Origin: an uncultured Bacteroidota bacterium | GTDB lineage: Bacteria > Bacteroidota > Bacteroidia > Flavobacteriales > Flavobacteriaceae | DNA length: 64,000 nucleotides | Direction of reading: 5' to 3' | NCBI GenBank assembly: GCA_902510655.1 | Contig: CABXBY010000001.1 | Coordinates: 29,398-93,397 of the forward strand | In this document: one piece after another, positions 1 through 11,318 of the stretch | How the letters are laid out: the number at the start of each line of letters is the position of its first letter | Numbering within the stretch: the stretch's first letter is position 1 | Made by a program: the position numbers and the translations under genes | The notes under the pieces: generated by a model | Told to the model about the DNA's origin: nothing | Seen by the model: only the letters and a program-made list of their open reading frames with translations | The model's database searches: none

Positions 1-1535
1 CGTTAAATGAAGGAACAGAGTTTACTACTTTGGATGGTGAAACAAGAAAACTTCTTAAAACTGACTTAATGATATGTGATGCCGACACTCCAATGTGTAT
101 AGCTGGAGTTTTTGGAGGTCAAAATCACGGAATTACTAATGAAACGAAATCGATTTTTCTAGAAAGTGCTTATTTTGATCCAGTATCTGTTAGAAAAACA
201 GCCAAGCATCATGGAATTAACAGCGATGCATCGTTCAGATTTGAACGTGGAATTTGTATTGGTTCTGTTGATTATGCCCTCAAAAGAGCTGCAATTTTAA
301 TTTGTGAACTTTGTGGTGGTAATATATCTAGTGATGTTATTGATGAATTCCCAAAAAAGCCAGAAGAAAAATCAATACTTTTAAATTTTAACAAAACAAA
401 TAAATTAATTGGACAAGAAATTCCAAGAGAGGAAATTAAATCAATTTTAACATCATTAGATTTTAAAATTAATAATATTACCGAAACCGGTGTTGGTATT
501 ACTGTTCCTTTTTACAGACATGATGTTACTAGAGAATGTGATGTAATTGAAGAAATTCTTCGGATTTTCGGCTATAATGAAATTAAATTATCAAATAACT
601 TGTCACTTCCAATTGTTCAAGAGAGTTATAACAAGAATCATAAAACAGAAAATACAATAGCTAACTTATTAATTCCTTTCGGATTTAATGAAATAATGAA
701 TAATTCACTTACAAGTAACAAGTTAAATGTTTTAAATAGAGAAAGTGTAAATATTATTAATTCTATTAGCTCAGACATTTCTCAACTAAGAACAAGCTTA
801 CTCGAGTCAAGTTTAAAAACACTTAAATTTAATTTGAATAGAAAAAATAAGAATAATAAATTTTTTGAGTTTGGAAAAATATATGAAATGATCAACAATA
901 AAACTACTGAATCTAAAAGACTAAGTGTAGTTTTTGCCAATGACTTATTTAATAATTCCTGGAACAATAAATCTGCCAGCTCAGATTTTTATTATCTCAA
1001 AAATATAATTCTTAATATTTTCAGCAAATTATCTATAAATACAACGGAAAAAATAATTAATCATGATGCATTTAATAATACTTTAGGCCTGTTTCATAAA
1101 AAAAATAGTATAGCACTAATAGGTGATGTCAAAAATCAATTCCTCTCTGAAATTGCTATTAAAAACAAAGTTTATTATGCATCTTTAAATCTAGATTATA
1201 TTTTAGAATTAATAAATGATGATTTTATAAAATATAATCAACTATCTAAATTTCCAAACGTAAAAAGAGAATTAAATTTTTTACTTGAAAATAATGTAAA
1301 ATATAATGAAATTGAAAACTATATATTAAATCAATCTAATATTAAAAATTTAGATAAAATGGCTTTAAGTGATGTTTACGAAGATGATAAATTGCCTGAT
1401 GGAAAAAAATCATACACATTAAACTTCACATTGCTTGATCAAATAAAAACACTTTCTGAGAAAGAGATAACAGTAACAATGAATAAAATTCAATCAAAAA
1501 TTGAATCAAAATTTAATGCTGAGCTGCGTTCTTAA
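1..1535 (+). CDS. pheT: Phenylalanine--tRNA ligase beta subunit, C-terminal part (5' end lies upstream of the window)
   Basis: Frame is open from the window edge. B3/4-domain motif CIAGVFGG, YRHDVTRECDVIEEI and C-terminal SKFPNVKRELNF (FDX-ACB-like) are in the supplied translation. Confidence 0.9.
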   Translation, partial: LNEGTEFTTLDGETRKLLKTDLMICDADTPMCIAGVFGGQNHGITNETKSIFLESAYFDPVSVRKTAKHHGINSDASFRFERGICIGSVDYALKRAAILICELCGGNISSDVIDEFPKKPEEKSILLNFNKTNKLIGQEIPREEIKSILTSLDFKINNITETGVGITVPFYRHDVTRECDVIEEILRIFGYNEIKLSNNLSLPIVQESYNKNHKTENTIANLLIPFGFNEIMNNSLTSNKLNVLNRESVNIINSISSDISQLRTSLLESSLKTLKFNLNRKNKNNKFFEFGKIYEMINNKTTESKRLSVVFANDLFNNSWNNKSASSDFYYLKNIILNIFSKLSINTTEKIINHDAFNNTLGLFHKKNSIALIGDVKNQFLSEIAIKNKVYYASLNLDYILELINDDFIKYNQLSKFPNVKRELNFLLENNVKYNEIENYILNQSNIKNLDKMALSDVYEDDKLPDGKKSYTLNFTLLDQIKTLSEKEITVTMNKIQSKIESKFNAELRS

Positions 1536-1541
1536 GAAATT

Positions 1542-1763
1542 ATGATACACAAACAAGTACTACTATACAAAGGTTCTTTTATAAATTGCAAAAGATTAGA
1601 ACTAGAACTTATTTCAAATAAAATCAACCCAATTATTGTTAATAATAAGCAGTCTGCTGTTCTGTCTGGTTTCGGTTTTAACCCAAACGACAACATATTT
1701 GTTTATGTATTTGAAGATCAAATAAAAAAATCTAAAAAAATATTAGAAAGTTTAACTGTATAG
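1542..1763 (+). CDS. Small hypothetical protein (73 aa)
   Basis: ORF starts 6 nt after the pheT stop and its 3' end overlaps the convergent ABC-F gene by 12 nt. No motif recognised. Confidence 0.3.
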   Translation: MIHKQVLLYKGSFINCKRLELELISNKINPIIVNNKQSAVLSGFGFNPNDNIFVYVFEDQIKKSKKILESLTV

Positions 1764-3374
1764 CTTAGTTCTTAGCTCTTTTATTTTCTGGTCATTTATA
1801 TAAGAATCAAAAGTAGTTAACCTGTCTATAACGCCATTAGGAGTCAACTCAATCACTCTGTTTCCTACAGATTTAGCAAATTCAAAATCGTGAGTACTTA
1901 AAATTACATTTCCCTTAAATTTTTTAATTGAATTATTTAAAGCTGTGATAGATTCTAAATCCAAATGACTTGTTGGCTCATCAAACATTAAAACATTAGA
2001 TCTTAACATCATCATCCTTGAGAGCATACACCTTACTTTTTCACCACCAGAGAGTACATCACAATTTTTTAAAGCTTCTTCACCACTAAAAATCATTTTT
2101 CCAAGAAAACCTCTTATAAACACTTCTTCTCTTTCCTCGTCATTTTTAGACCACTGTCTGAGCCAATCAACTAAAGAAATTTTTTCTTGAAAATATGAAT
2201 TGTTATCCAAAGGTAAATATGATTGACTGGTAGTTATTCCCCAATCAAATCTACCGGTATTTGGATTTAATTTATTGTTCAGAATTTCATAAAATGCTGT
2301 TGTTGCTCTTGTATCTTTTGAATACAAGACTACTTTATCACCTTTATTTAGATTAAAATCTATTTTATCAAATAATATACTTGTAGAATCGGAATAACTT
2401 AAATTTTCAACAGAAAGAATTTGATCACCAGCTTCTCTTTCAGATGTAAAAATTACGGCAGGATATCTTCTAGATGAGGGTTTTATATCCTCAATCTTGA
2501 GATTATCTAACATCTTTTTTCTTGATGTTGCCTGTTTAGATTTTGATGCATTTGCACTAAATCTGGCAATAAAATCTTCTAGTTCTTTCTTTTTTTCTTC
2601 AGATTTTCTGTTTTGTTGTGTTTTTTGTCTAAGTGCTAGCTGACTTGATTCATACCAAAACGTGTAGTTTCCAGAATAGTTATTTATTTTTCCAAAATCA
2701 ATATCTGAAATATGGGTACATACAGAATCTAAGAAGTGTCTGTCGTGAGATACTACAATACAAGTATTGTCGTAATTTGAAATAAAATTCTCAAGCCATT
2801 TAATTGTTTCAAAATCTAAATCATTTGTAGGCTCATCCATTACTAATACATCGGGATTTCCAAATAGTGCTTGGGCTAATAAAACCTTTACTTTTTGAAC
2901 ACCATCTAATTCACTCATGTTTTTATAGTGTTGTTCTTCTTTTATATCTAAATTAGACAATAATGCTGCTGCCGAACTTTCTGCGTTCCATCCATCCATT
3001 TCCTCATATTCTAATTGAAGAACTCCTACTCTATCACTATCCTTGTCTGAAAAATCTGGATTAGCATAAATTTCATCCATTTCCTTTTTAATACTAAAAA
3101 GTTCTTTATTACCCATGATAACTGTTTCTAAAACTTGTTTTTCATCAAAAGCAAAATGATTTTGTTCTAAAACCGACATTCTTTTACCAGCTTCTAAATG
3201 GACACTTCCTGAATTTGGTTCAATTGATTTTGATAAAATTTTTAAAAAGGTTGATTTACCTGCACCATTGGCACCTATAATACCATAACAGTTACCTTTT
3301 ACAAAAGAAGTATTAACTTCATCGAATAATACTCTTTTGCCGAATTGAACAGAGAGATTAGAAACACTTAACAT
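1752..3374 (-). CDS. ABC-F family ATPase (two nucleotide-binding domains, no membrane domain)
   Basis: NBD1 has Walker A GANGAGKST and Walker B VLVMDEPTNDLD. NBD2 has signature LSGGEKVR and Walker B VLMFDEPTSHLD. An inter-domain linker is present and no TM segments. Confidence 0.85.
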   Translation of the reverse strand: MLSVSNLSVQFGKRVLFDEVNTSFVKGNCYGIIGANGAGKSTFLKILSKSIEPNSGSVHLEAGKRMSVLEQNHFAFDEKQVLETVIMGNKELFSIKKEMDEIYANPDFSDKDSDRVGVLQLEYEEMDGWNAESSAAALLSNLDIKEEQHYKNMSELDGVQKVKVLLAQALFGNPDVLVMDEPTNDLDFETIKWLENFISNYDNTCIVVSHDRHFLDSVCTHISDIDFGKINNYSGNYTFWYESSQLALRQKTQQNRKSEEKKKELEDFIARFSANASKSKQATSRKKMLDNLKIEDIKPSSRRYPAVIFTSEREAGDQILSVENLSYSDSTSILFDKIDFNLNKGDKVVLYSKDTRATTAFYEILNNKLNPNTGRFDWGITTSQSYLPLDNNSYFQEKISLVDWLRQWSKNDEEREEVFIRGFLGKMIFSGEEALKNCDVLSGGEKVRCMLSRMMMLRSNVLMFDEPTSHLDLESITALNNSIKKFKGNVILSTHDFEFAKSVGNRVIELTPNGVIDRLTTFDSYINDQKIKELRTKLYS

Positions 3375-3467
3375 ATAATAAGTTTAAATTTTTGCAAACT
3401 TAATAAAATCAGGGTTATGAATTTTCTTTATTATTATTTAAATTAAATAAAAAAACTAATTCATTAA

Positions 3468-4823
3468 ATGTTTAGATCAATTGTCAGTTGTTTATTAATT
3501 ACATTTTTTATTGGATGTAATAATCAAAATAAAACTTTTATCAGTGGAAAAATTATCAAACCAACAAATAATGAGATTCTAATTTTAAAAGATGAAAAGA
3601 TTATTAAAAAAATTACTATAAATAATCAGGGAACGTTTTCGTCTTCTTTTGAAGATTTAAATAATGGGCTTTACAATTTTATTCATCTTCCCGAATTTCA
3701 ATACTTAATTATTAATAAGGGAGATAGTTTAGTATTACGATTGAATTCATTGGATTTTGATGAATCATTAGTTTTTTCTGGATTAGGCGCTTCAAAGAAC
3801 AACTACTTAATTGATGTTTTTTTAGAACATGAAAAAGAGGAAAACTATATAAAGTCTAAATACAAATCTTCTAAAATAGAATTCAAAAAAATCATTGATT
3901 CTTTGAAAAATATAAAAACTAAACATTATTCAAATTATAAATCTGTAATTAAAACTAATTTTATTTCTGATTTAATAATAAATCATGCTATGCTTATTCC
4001 ACTCTACTCACACATAGAAAACTTTATAATATTAAACAAAGAAAATCACACGAAAAATATTGAATATTTTAAAAAATATAGAGATAAAATAGACTTAAAT
4101 ATTTCAGAACTGTCACACTTTAAACCCTACTTAGATTACATTACATTAAAATCTATAAACGAATCATTTTCATTAGATAAAGGTTACGATTATAATTTAA
4201 ATTTCAATCTACAAAGATTGAATTATATAGACGATCAAGTGTATGATCAAACAATCAAAACAAAACTATTAAGGTTTATAGCGTATGAATATCTGTTAGA
4301 GGAAAAGCTATTAATAAATATTGATCAATTTATTTATGAGTTTTTAAAAATTTCAGAAAACAATAGTACAAATAATGAAGTTTCAGTTCTATACGACAAT
4401 ATAACTTCTCTTCAAGTAGGAAAAGTATTACCTAAAATCAAACTTTATAATGAAAAATATAATGTGAGAAATATAGGTTCACAAATTAATTATAATAAAA
4501 AAAATATATTTGTTTTTTGGTCTTATGATCAAAACGCCCATCAAGTCAACTTGTTTAATAAAGTAAATTTATTAAGTGCGAAATATTCAAATTATCATTT
4601 TAATTTAATTAATATTAACGACGATAATTTGAAATGGAAAAACAATTATCTAAATAATTTCAGCAGTAATAGAATAAATAATTTTAGAACGGTAAATTTT
4701 GAATCCATGAGTAAAAAAATGGTTTTAAACAATTTAAATAAAGTTCTAATTACTGATAAAAAAGGTGTAATTATAGAAATCCTGACATTAGTAGACTTAC
4801 AAAAATATTTAATAGCTAATTAA
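3468..4823 (+). CDS. Hypothetical lipoprotein (451 aa)
   Basis: Signal peptide with lipobox-like LLITFFIGC. The N-terminal ISGKIIKP...ILILKD region resembles the beta-sandwich found in front of TlpA-like proteins, but no CxxC motif is present. Confidence 0.55.
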   Translation: MFRSIVSCLLITFFIGCNNQNKTFISGKIIKPTNNEILILKDEKIIKKITINNQGTFSSSFEDLNNGLYNFIHLPEFQYLIINKGDSLVLRLNSLDFDESLVFSGLGASKNNYLIDVFLEHEKEENYIKSKYKSSKIEFKKIIDSLKNIKTKHYSNYKSVIKTNFISDLIINHAMLIPLYSHIENFIILNKENHTKNIEYFKKYRDKIDLNISELSHFKPYLDYITLKSINESFSLDKGYDYNLNFNLQRLNYIDDQVYDQTIKTKLLRFIAYEYLLEEKLLINIDQFIYEFLKISENNSTNNEVSVLYDNITSLQVGKVLPKIKLYNEKYNVRNIGSQINYNKKNIFVFWSYDQNAHQVNLFNKVNLLSAKYSNYHFNLININDDNLKWKNNYLNNFSSNRINNFRTVNFESMSKKMVLNNLNKVLITDKKGVIIEILTLVDLQKYLIAN

Positions 4824-5473
4824 TTTCCTTTCTTATAGTCTGCTAAGAATTTTTCTAAGCCAATATCAGTAAGTGGATGTTTTATTAAACCTTTAATTGA
4901 AGATAAAGGACCTGTCATAACATCAGCTCCTATTTTAGCACAATCTATAATGTGCATAGTATGTCTTACAGATGCGGCAAGAATTTGAGTATTAAAAGCA
5001 TAATTATCATAAACATTGGCAATTTCTGAAATAAGATTGAGCCCATCTGTAGAAATATCATCTAATCTTCCAATAAATGGTGAAACATATGTAGCTCCAG
5101 CTTTGGCAGCTATAAGCGCTTGACCAACAGAAAAAATTAATGTGCAATTAGTTTTAATACCTTTATTTGAAAAATATTTCAATGCTTTAACTCCATCTAA
5201 AATCATTGGAATTTTTACAACAATTTGAGGATGTAGCTTAGCTAAAGCTTCACCTTCTTTAACCATTCCATTAAAGTCAGTAGAAATCACTTCGGCAGAA
5301 ACATCTCCATCAACAATTTCACATATTTTGACATAGTGATTTAAAATATTTTCACTTCCTGTTATACCTTCTTTAGCCATTAATGATGGATTGGTAGTGA
5401 CTCCATCAAGAACACCAAGATCTTGTGCTTCTTTAATTTGTTCAAGATTTGCTGTATCGATAAAAAATTTCAT
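4820..5473 (-). CDS. fsa: Fructose-6-phosphate aldolase / short (type 3B) transaldolase
   Basis: 217 aa. Has the [17 protein letters not shown]-terminus, Schiff-base lysine context IVVKIPM, and SPFIGRLDD. Confidence 0.85.
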   Translation of the reverse strand: MKFFIDTANLEQIKEAQDLGVLDGVTTNPSLMAKEGITGSENILNHYVKICEIVDGDVSAEVISTDFNGMVKEGEALAKLHPQIVVKIPMILDGVKALKYFSNKGIKTNCTLIFSVGQALIAAKAGATYVSPFIGRLDDISTDGLNLISEIANVYDNYAFNTQILAASVRHTMHIIDCAKIGADVMTGPLSSIKGLIKHPLTDIGLEKFLADYKKGN

Positions 5474-5476
5474 AAT

Positions 5477-6280
5477 TTAATTTTTACTATAATTTAAAAG
5501 TATTTTTTCATATAATCTGTCAGGAAGAATGTTTTTTAAAATTATTGAAAATTTCTGAATAAACCGGCCTACTCTATAATGAATTTTTGGGTTTTTTGAA
5601 TTAATTATTTTAAATATCAATTTAGAGATAATTTCTGGCGTCCAAGCATTATCAACATGTTTATTTGCTGAAATTAGAGACTTAGTATAATCATCAGTAT
5701 AATTAGAAAGATTGTGTGATTTTGAATCAATTCGCCTGGAAGCTATATTGGTTTTAAAATCACCAGGAGCAACATTAACTACGTTAATGTTAAACTTTTT
5801 AAGTTCCATACTAAATACTTCACCTATAATTTCAAGTGAGCTTTTTGTCGCACAATACACTCCTCTAAATGGAATTCCAAAATAACCTAATATGGAAGTT
5901 ATATTAATAATTAAACCAGAATTATGATCTCTCATTGATGGTATACACTCCTTAATGATTGCTATTGGTCCCAATAAATTAGTTTGAAATGCACTTTTAA
6001 TATCTGACTCACTTGTTTCCTCAAGAGGACCGGTAATTCCAATACCAGCATTATTAATTAGTACATCGATGCGGTTTTCGACACTAAGAATATATTTTAT
6101 TGTTTTTTTAATTTCGATACTAGATGTTATATCACATTTTAATAATTCATACTCTGAAATATCGTATTTATTTGGATTTCTACAGGTTCCATAAACTTTA
6201 TATCCTTTTGAAGTTAAAAATAGGGAAATGGATTTTCCTATTCCTGAGGATGCGCCTGTAATTAAAATAATTTTAGACAT
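5477..6280 (-). CDS. Short-chain dehydrogenase/reductase (SDR) family oxidoreductase
   Basis: TGASSGIGKS cofactor motif, NNAG, and catalytic YCATKSS (YxxxK). Confidence 0.85.
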   Translation of the reverse strand: MSKIILITGASSGIGKSISLFLTSKGYKVYGTCRNPNKYDISEYELLKCDITSSIEIKKTIKYILSVENRIDVLINNAGIGITGPLEETSESDIKSAFQTNLLGPIAIIKECIPSMRDHNSGLIINITSILGYFGIPFRGVYCATKSSLEIIGEVFSMELKKFNINVVNVAPGDFKTNIASRRIDSKSHNLSNYTDDYTKSLISANKHVDNAWTPEIISKLIFKIINSKNPKIHYRVGRFIQKFSIILKNILPDRLYEKILLNYSKN

Positions 6281-6293
6281 ATTAAAAAAAAAA

Positions 6294-6390
6294 GGGCAAG
6301 CTACTTACATCACACCGCTACGACTATCTACCCTTGCTGCGTTCCCACCCTGGGGGAATTAAATAGGAGCTGGTTGTGTAAGACTTGCCC
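6294..6390 (-). ncRNA. ffs: Signal recognition particle RNA (small, 4.5S-type)
   Basis: GC-rich patch in an AT-rich spacer. The minus strand reads GGGCAAG...CTTGCCC as a long hairpin. Its apex, CAGGGUGGGAACGCAGCAAGGGUAGAU, resembles E. coli domain IV (CAGGUCCGGAAGGAAGCAGCCAAGGCAGAU) with a GGAA tetraloop. A run of 10 U follows. Confidence 0.8.
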
Positions 6391-6394
6391 ATTG

Positions 6395-6402
6395 CAAATA
6401 TA
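6395..6402 (-). promoter_or_regulatory. Bacteroidota-type -7 promoter box (TATATTTG) for the SRP RNA
   Basis: The minus strand reads TATATTTG, an exact TAnnTTTG match, 4 nt upstream of the first G of the SRP RNA hairpin. No clean -33 TTTG was seen. Confidence 0.5.
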
Positions 6403-6453
6403 TATATGTTTTATTAAATAAATATCTTTAGAAAAAATAATTAATAACTAAAT

Positions 6454-7500
6454 TTGAAAAAAAAATTGATAATGATAAATAGACTTTGTTCAATAATAAT
6501 TTTGCTTTTATTAATTTCTTGTGGCTCAACAAAAAAAGAAAATTTTAACATTGATCTTATAAAAACAAAAGAATATTTAAAAAATAATGATCAAATTGAA
6601 TTTACTATCAATAACCCCTTAGATAAAAACATTACAAATCTTAAATTTAAAATTGACGACAATTTAGTTTCAAGTCCATTTTTATTAAATAATAAGCTAG
6701 GTAAAAATATATTAAAAGCTACTTTTAACGTAAATGAAAAAAAATATACTTTAAAGAAAGAATTTGTTATTTATTCATCAGTTAAACCAAAAATATATAC
6801 CTATAAAATAATTAATGAGTTTTCACATGATATGAATTCTTACACACAGGGATTAGAGTTTGATAATAATAATTTTTTATATGAAGGCACTGGTCAATAT
6901 GGATTTTCAATGTTAAAAAAAATAAATTTTGAATCTGGTGAAGTTCTAGAAAAATTATTTTTAGACAAGTCTTATTTTGGTGAAGGAATTACTGTTTTAA
7001 ATAATAAAATTTATCAGTTGACATGGAAAAGTAAAATTGGCTTTATTTATAATTTAAATGATTTCAAATTAATAAGATCCTTCAACTATAAAAATAGTAT
7101 TGAAGGCTGGGGTTTATGTAATGACGGAGAATATTTATATAAATCAGATGGCTCTGAGAAAATATGGAAATTAGATAAAAACAACTTGGAAGAAATTAGT
7201 TTTATTAATGTTGTAACTAATAATAAAGTAATCAATAAAATAAATGAACTCGAATGGTTTGATAATAAAATTTATGCTAACACTTATCAGTTTAATAAAG
7301 AAGTAGGGTTAATAATAGATTCTTCTACTGGTCAAGTTGATGGTGTAATAGATTTTAGTGGATTAAAGGATAAAGTTAAGGACCATCCTAAACTAGATGT
7401 TTTAAATGGAATAGCTTACAATAAAAAAAGGAAAACTTTTTTTATTACTGGAAAAAACTGGAATAAGTTATTTGAAATTAAAATAATAGAGAAAAATTAA
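6454..7500 (+). CDS. Glutamine cyclotransferase (glutaminyl cyclase), lipoprotein
   Basis: [33 protein letters not shown] and a beta-propeller-like repeat pattern. Lipobox LLISCGS. The track start is TTG; the in-frame ATG at 6472 is a more likely start. Confidence 0.8.
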   Translation: MKKKLIMINRLCSIIILLLLISCGSTKKENFNIDLIKTKEYLKNNDQIEFTINNPLDKNITNLKFKIDDNLVSSPFLLNNKLGKNILKATFNVNEKKYTLKKEFVIYSSVKPKIYTYKIINEFSHDMNSYTQGLEFDNNNFLYEGTGQYGFSMLKKINFESGEVLEKLFLDKSYFGEGITVLNNKIYQLTWKSKIGFIYNLNDFKLIRSFNYKNSIEGWGLCNDGEYLYKSDGSEKIWKLDKNNLEEISFINVVTNNKVINKINELEWFDNKIYANTYQFNKEVGLIIDSSTGQVDGVIDFSGLKDKVKDHPKLDVLNGIAYNKKRKTFFITGKNWNKLFEIKIIEKN

Positions 7501-8768
7501 TTAAATAAAAGCCTTCCTTTCATTAGATTGTTCACCTCAATTTTAACACTGTTTATTTCATCTAAATTTTGATGATTTTTAATAACTCTATCGATAAAAT
7601 TTACAATCAATACCATGTCTTTTTCTTTCAAGCCTCTTGTTGTTATGGCAGGTGTACCGAATCTAATACCAGATGTTACAAAAGGAGATTTATCATCAAA
7701 TGGAACCATATTTTTATTGGCTGTAATATCTGCTTTAACTAATGCTAATTCTGCATCTTTTCCAGAAATATTTTTATTCCTAAGGTCGATTAACATCATA
7801 TGATTATCTGTGCCTCCTGAAATAATTTTATAATCTTTTTTAACAAATTCTTCTGCCATTGCTTTTGCATTTTGTCTGACTTGAACCATGTAAGTCATGA
7901 AATCATCAGTTAATGCTTCACCAAATGCAATTGCTTTTCCAGCAATAACATGTTCTAATGGACCGCCTTGATTTCCAGGAAAAACAGCTAAATCAACCAA
8001 TGATGACATTTTTTTTAAAGATCCATTTTTAAATTTTAATCCAAAAGGATTGTCAAAATCTTCACCCATTAAAATTAGACCTCCCCTTGGTCCTCTCAAA
8101 GTTTTATGCGTAGTTGTAGTTACAACATGACAATGCGGAATAGGATCATTTAAAATTCCTTTAGCAATTAATCCAGAGGGATGTGAAATATCTGCTAATA
8201 AAAATGCATCAACAGAGTCGGCAATTTCTCTAAACTTTTCAAAATCAATATCTCTAGAGTAAGCTGATGCTCCAGCAATAATTAATTTTGGTTTTTCATT
8301 TAATGCTATTTCAGAAATATTATCATAATCTAATTCACCGGTTATTTCATTTACGCCATAAAATACAGGATTATACAATCGTCCACTAAAGTTAACTGGA
8401 GACCCATGTGTTAAATGTCCGCCGTGAGATAAATCAAATCCTAAAATTTTATCTCCAGGGTTTAAAAAAGCATGATATACTGCAGTATTAGCTTGAGAAC
8501 CAGAATGTGGCTGTACGTTTGCGTATGCTGCTCCAAACAACTCCTTAGCTCTATTAATAGCTATAGTTTCTATTTCATCAACCACTTCACAACCGCCATA
8601 ATATCTCTTTCCAGGGTAACCTTCTGCATATTTATTGGTTAAAACAGATCCAGTTGCTTTCATTACATCAGGACTAGTGAAATTTTCAGATGCTATTAAT
8701 TCAATTCCATTCAACTGTCTATTTTCTTCTTTTTCAATTAAATTAAAGATCTCTTTATCTATACTCAT
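7497..8768 (-). CDS. glyA: Serine hydroxymethyltransferase
   Basis: 423 aa. PLP-lysine motif [14 protein letters not shown] and the LIASENF N-terminal motif. Confidence 0.95.
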   Translation of the reverse strand: MSIDKEIFNLIEKEENRQLNGIELIASENFTSPDVMKATGSVLTNKYAEGYPGKRYYGGCEVVDEIETIAINRAKELFGAAYANVQPHSGSQANTAVYHAFLNPGDKILGFDLSHGGHLTHGSPVNFSGRLYNPVFYGVNEITGELDYDNISEIALNEKPKLIIAGASAYSRDIDFEKFREIADSVDAFLLADISHPSGLIAKGILNDPIPHCHVVTTTTHKTLRGPRGGLILMGEDFDNPFGLKFKNGSLKKMSSLVDLAVFPGNQGGPLEHVIAGKAIAFGEALTDDFMTYMVQVRQNAKAMAEEFVKKDYKIISGGTDNHMMLIDLRNKNISGKDAELALVKADITANKNMVPFDDKSPFVTSGIRFGTPAITTRGLKEKDMVLIVNFIDRVIKNHQNLDEINSVKIEVNNLMKGRLLFN

Positions 8769-8862
8769 ATCTAAAAATTTAGAATGTAAATTTAATAACC
8801 AATTAATAAATCATAAAGAAATTAATAACATATTTTCAAAAAACAATTAACAATTAACAATA

Positions 8863-9180
8863 TTAATTTTTTATATTTTTAAATGATATTGCAGAATGAG
8901 ATGAATTATGAACTAAACTTCCATTTTTAATCACTATTAACTGAGGTGATTCGTGATTTATATTAAAATTAGATGCTAATTCGTTTGATAGTTTTTTGTT
9001 TTTAACAACATCAATTAAGTAAAATTTTATATCTGAAAAATTTTTATAATCAAATTCAAATTTCTTTAAAACAATTCTACTAATTATACACCTGTAAGAA
9101 TGTTTGAATATTACAATAAAATCATCTTTATAATTTATATCGTTATAATCATTCGGTTCAATCCATTTAATTTTAGACAT
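8863..9180 (-). CDS. ytxJ: YtxJ-like monothiol thioredoxin-fold protein
   Basis: FKHSYRCIISR matches the YtxJ T/S-x-C-x-I-S monothiol motif. I trimmed the start to the internal ATG (MSKIKW) because the longer ORF would overlap the smpB start region. Confidence 0.6.
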   Translation of the reverse strand: MSKIKWIEPNDYNDINYKDDFIVIFKHSYRCIISRIVLKKFEFDYKNFSDIKFYLIDVVKNKKLSNELASNFNINHESPQLIVIKNGSLVHNSSHSAISFKNIKN

Positions 9181-9206
9181 TTTAAAAATACTTGTAACTT
9201 TGTTTT

Positions 9207-9659
9207 GTGAATAAAAGAGTAAATATATTAAATAAAAAAGCAAAATATGAGTATCAGTTACTTGATCAGTATAATGCTGGAATAGTTTTAACTGGGACAG
9301 AAATTAAATCCATTAGGCAAAATAAAGCCTCTATCTCTGAAAGTTTTTGTGAATTTAATGATAATCAAGAATTATTTATTATTAATATGTTTATTGACGA
9401 ATATGAGTTTGGTAATCATTATAATCACAAAACAAAATCTCAAAGAAAACTCTTATTAAACAAAAAAGAATTAAAAAAACTTAACAAAGATGTTAGGAAT
9501 TCAGGTCTTACTATTGTTCCTTTAAAAGTTTTTATAAATGAAAAAGGGTTTGCAAAAATTTTAATATCATTGGCAAAGGGTAAAAAAACTTATGATAAAC
9601 GTCAAGTTATTAAGGATAGAGAAAATAAAATACAATTAGATAGATTAAAAAAAATTTAA
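9207..9659 (+). CDS. smpB: SsrA-binding protein
   Basis: 150 aa. NKKAKYEYQLLDQYNAGIVLTGTEIKSIR and a basic C-terminal tail. GTG start in the track. Confidence 0.9.
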   Translation: MNKRVNILNKKAKYEYQLLDQYNAGIVLTGTEIKSIRQNKASISESFCEFNDNQELFIINMFIDEYEFGNHYNHKTKSQRKLLLNKKELKKLNKDVRNSGLTIVPLKVFINEKGFAKILISLAKGKKTYDKRQVIKDRENKIQLDRLKKI

Positions 9660-10297
9660 TTTAAATCTTTTAATAATGGAACAAACTTAAAGTTTCCATG
9701 GTTTTCTTGTTCAAATTTTAATTTTGATATTCTTTTAACAACAATCATTTCTTGAATATTTTTTCCAACAGGAATAACCATTATCCCTCCAACTTTAAGC
9801 TGAATTAGTAATTTTTTGGGGATTTCTTCAGCACCTGCAGTAACTAATATTTTATCAAAAGGCTGTTTTTCCTCAAGACCTTTGTATCCATCTCCATAAA
9901 TAATATTTTTTGAGTGGTAATTTAATTTTGAAAATAATTTTTTTGTTTTTCTATATAATTTATGTTGCCTTTCTATTGTATACACAGTTTTACAAATTTC
10001 CATTAAAATTGCAGTTTGATAACCCGAACCTGTTCCTATTTCTAAAACTTTGTCAGATTCAACTAAATTTAATAGTGAAGTTTGAAAAGCAACAGTATAT
10101 GGCTGTGAAATGGTTTGATTTGATTCAATTGGAAAAGCTTTATCAAGATAAGCATGGCTTTCGAAATCACTATCAATAAAGACATGTCTTGGCACTTTAA
10201 GTAATGCTTTTATTACAACAGCAGAATCAATTCCTTTTGTAATTAAATCATCTACTAATCTTTTTCTAAGTCCTTGATGCTTTGAAGAGTCTATCAT
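9656..10297 (-). CDS. pcm: Protein-L-isoaspartate O-methyltransferase
   Basis: QTISQPY and the SAM motif VLEIGTGSGYQTA. Confidence 0.9.
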   Translation of the reverse strand: MIDSSKHQGLRKRLVDDLITKGIDSAVVIKALLKVPRHVFIDSDFESHAYLDKAFPIESNQTISQPYTVAFQTSLLNLVESDKVLEIGTGSGYQTAILMEICKTVYTIERQHKLYRKTKKLFSKLNYHSKNIIYGDGYKGLEEKQPFDKILVTAGAEEIPKKLLIQLKVGGIMVIPVGKNIQEMIVVKRISKLKFEQENHGNFKFVPLLKDLN

Positions 10298-10352
10298 ATT
10301 AAAATAAAGCTAAATTAAATAAATAAGAATTGTATTTTTGAAAAAAAATAAC

Positions 10353-11318
10353 ATGATTAAAGTTGGTGTAATTGGAATAGGACATTTAGGTTCTATTCAT
10401 CTAAAATTATTATTAGAATCAGACTATTTCAAAGTAATAGGTTGCTTTGATAAAAATACAAGTTTGAAATTTGAAATTAGTTCGGATGTGTATTTTTATG
10501 AAGATGTTAATGAAATGATTATAAAATGTGATGCATTATTTGTTTGTTCAAATACACCTTCTCATTTTGAAATGGTAAAATTATGCTTAATAAACAATAA
10601 ACATGTTTTTGTTGAAAAACCTATAACAACTACTTTGGAAGAGGCTTTAGAACTTGTTAAACTTACAGAAAAAAATAATCTAATAGGTCAAGTCGGTCAT
10701 GTTGAAAGGTTTAATCCTGCTATAACCTCTGTTTTAGATATTATAGATAAACCTAAATTTATTGAATGTCATAGATTGGCTGAATTTAATCCAAGAGGAA
10801 ATGACGTCTCAGTTGTATTAGATTTAATGATTCACGATATTGATATTGTTCTCAAGATTATTGATTCAAATATTAAAAATATTAGTGCTAATGGTGTAGC
10901 CGTTATAAGTGATTCCCCTGACATAACTAATGCAAGGGTTGAATTTGAAAATGGAGCGGTTGCTAATTTTACCGCAAGTAGGATATCTTTAAAAAATATG
11001 CGGAAAACAAGATTATTTCAACATAACGCATATATTTCTGTTGATTTTTTAGAGAAAAAAAGTGAGGTTGTAAAAATTACTGATTTTCTAGAAAAAAAAG
11101 ACAATTATGCTATGGTTATAGAAAATCTAAATGGAGAAAAAAAGCAAATATATTATTCAAATCCAGAGTTAAAACCTGTGAACTCAATTATTGAGGAACA
11201 TAACGATTTTGCAAAATCAATAATTAATAAATCTTTACCCCTGGTTAGCTTTCGTGATGGCTTTAACGCACTTGAGCTTGCAAATAAAATAATTAATAAA
11301 GTGAATGGAAATAGTTAA
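10353..11318 (+). CDS. Gfo/Idh/MocA family oxidoreductase
   Basis: Rossmann N-terminus KVGVIGIGHLG and the VFVEKP motif. I moved the start to the ATG at 10353 because the track's TTG (10338) lies inside a TATTTTTG -7 promoter box (10333-10340). Confidence 0.8.
   Translation: MIKVGVIGIGHLGSIHLKLLLESDYFKVIGCFDKNTSLKFEISSDVYFYEDVNEMIIKCDALFVCSNTPSHFEMVKLCLINNKHVFVEKPITTTLEEALELVKLTEKNNLIGQVGHVERFNPAITSVLDIIDKPKFIECHRLAEFNPRGNDVSVVLDLMIHDIDIVLKIIDSNIKNISANGVAVISDSPDITNARVEFENGAVANFTASRISLKNMRKTRLFQHNAYISVDFLEKKSEVVKITDFLEKKDNYAMVIENLNGEKKQIYYSNPELKPVNSIIEEHNDFAKSIINKSLPLVSFRDGFNALELANKIINKVNGNS

Noticed and set aside
9910-10179. 89-aa ORF antisense to pcm, and 57220-57510 antisense to the SMP-30 gene
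   Set aside because: Same reasoning: both lie fully inside confidently called genes on the other strand.
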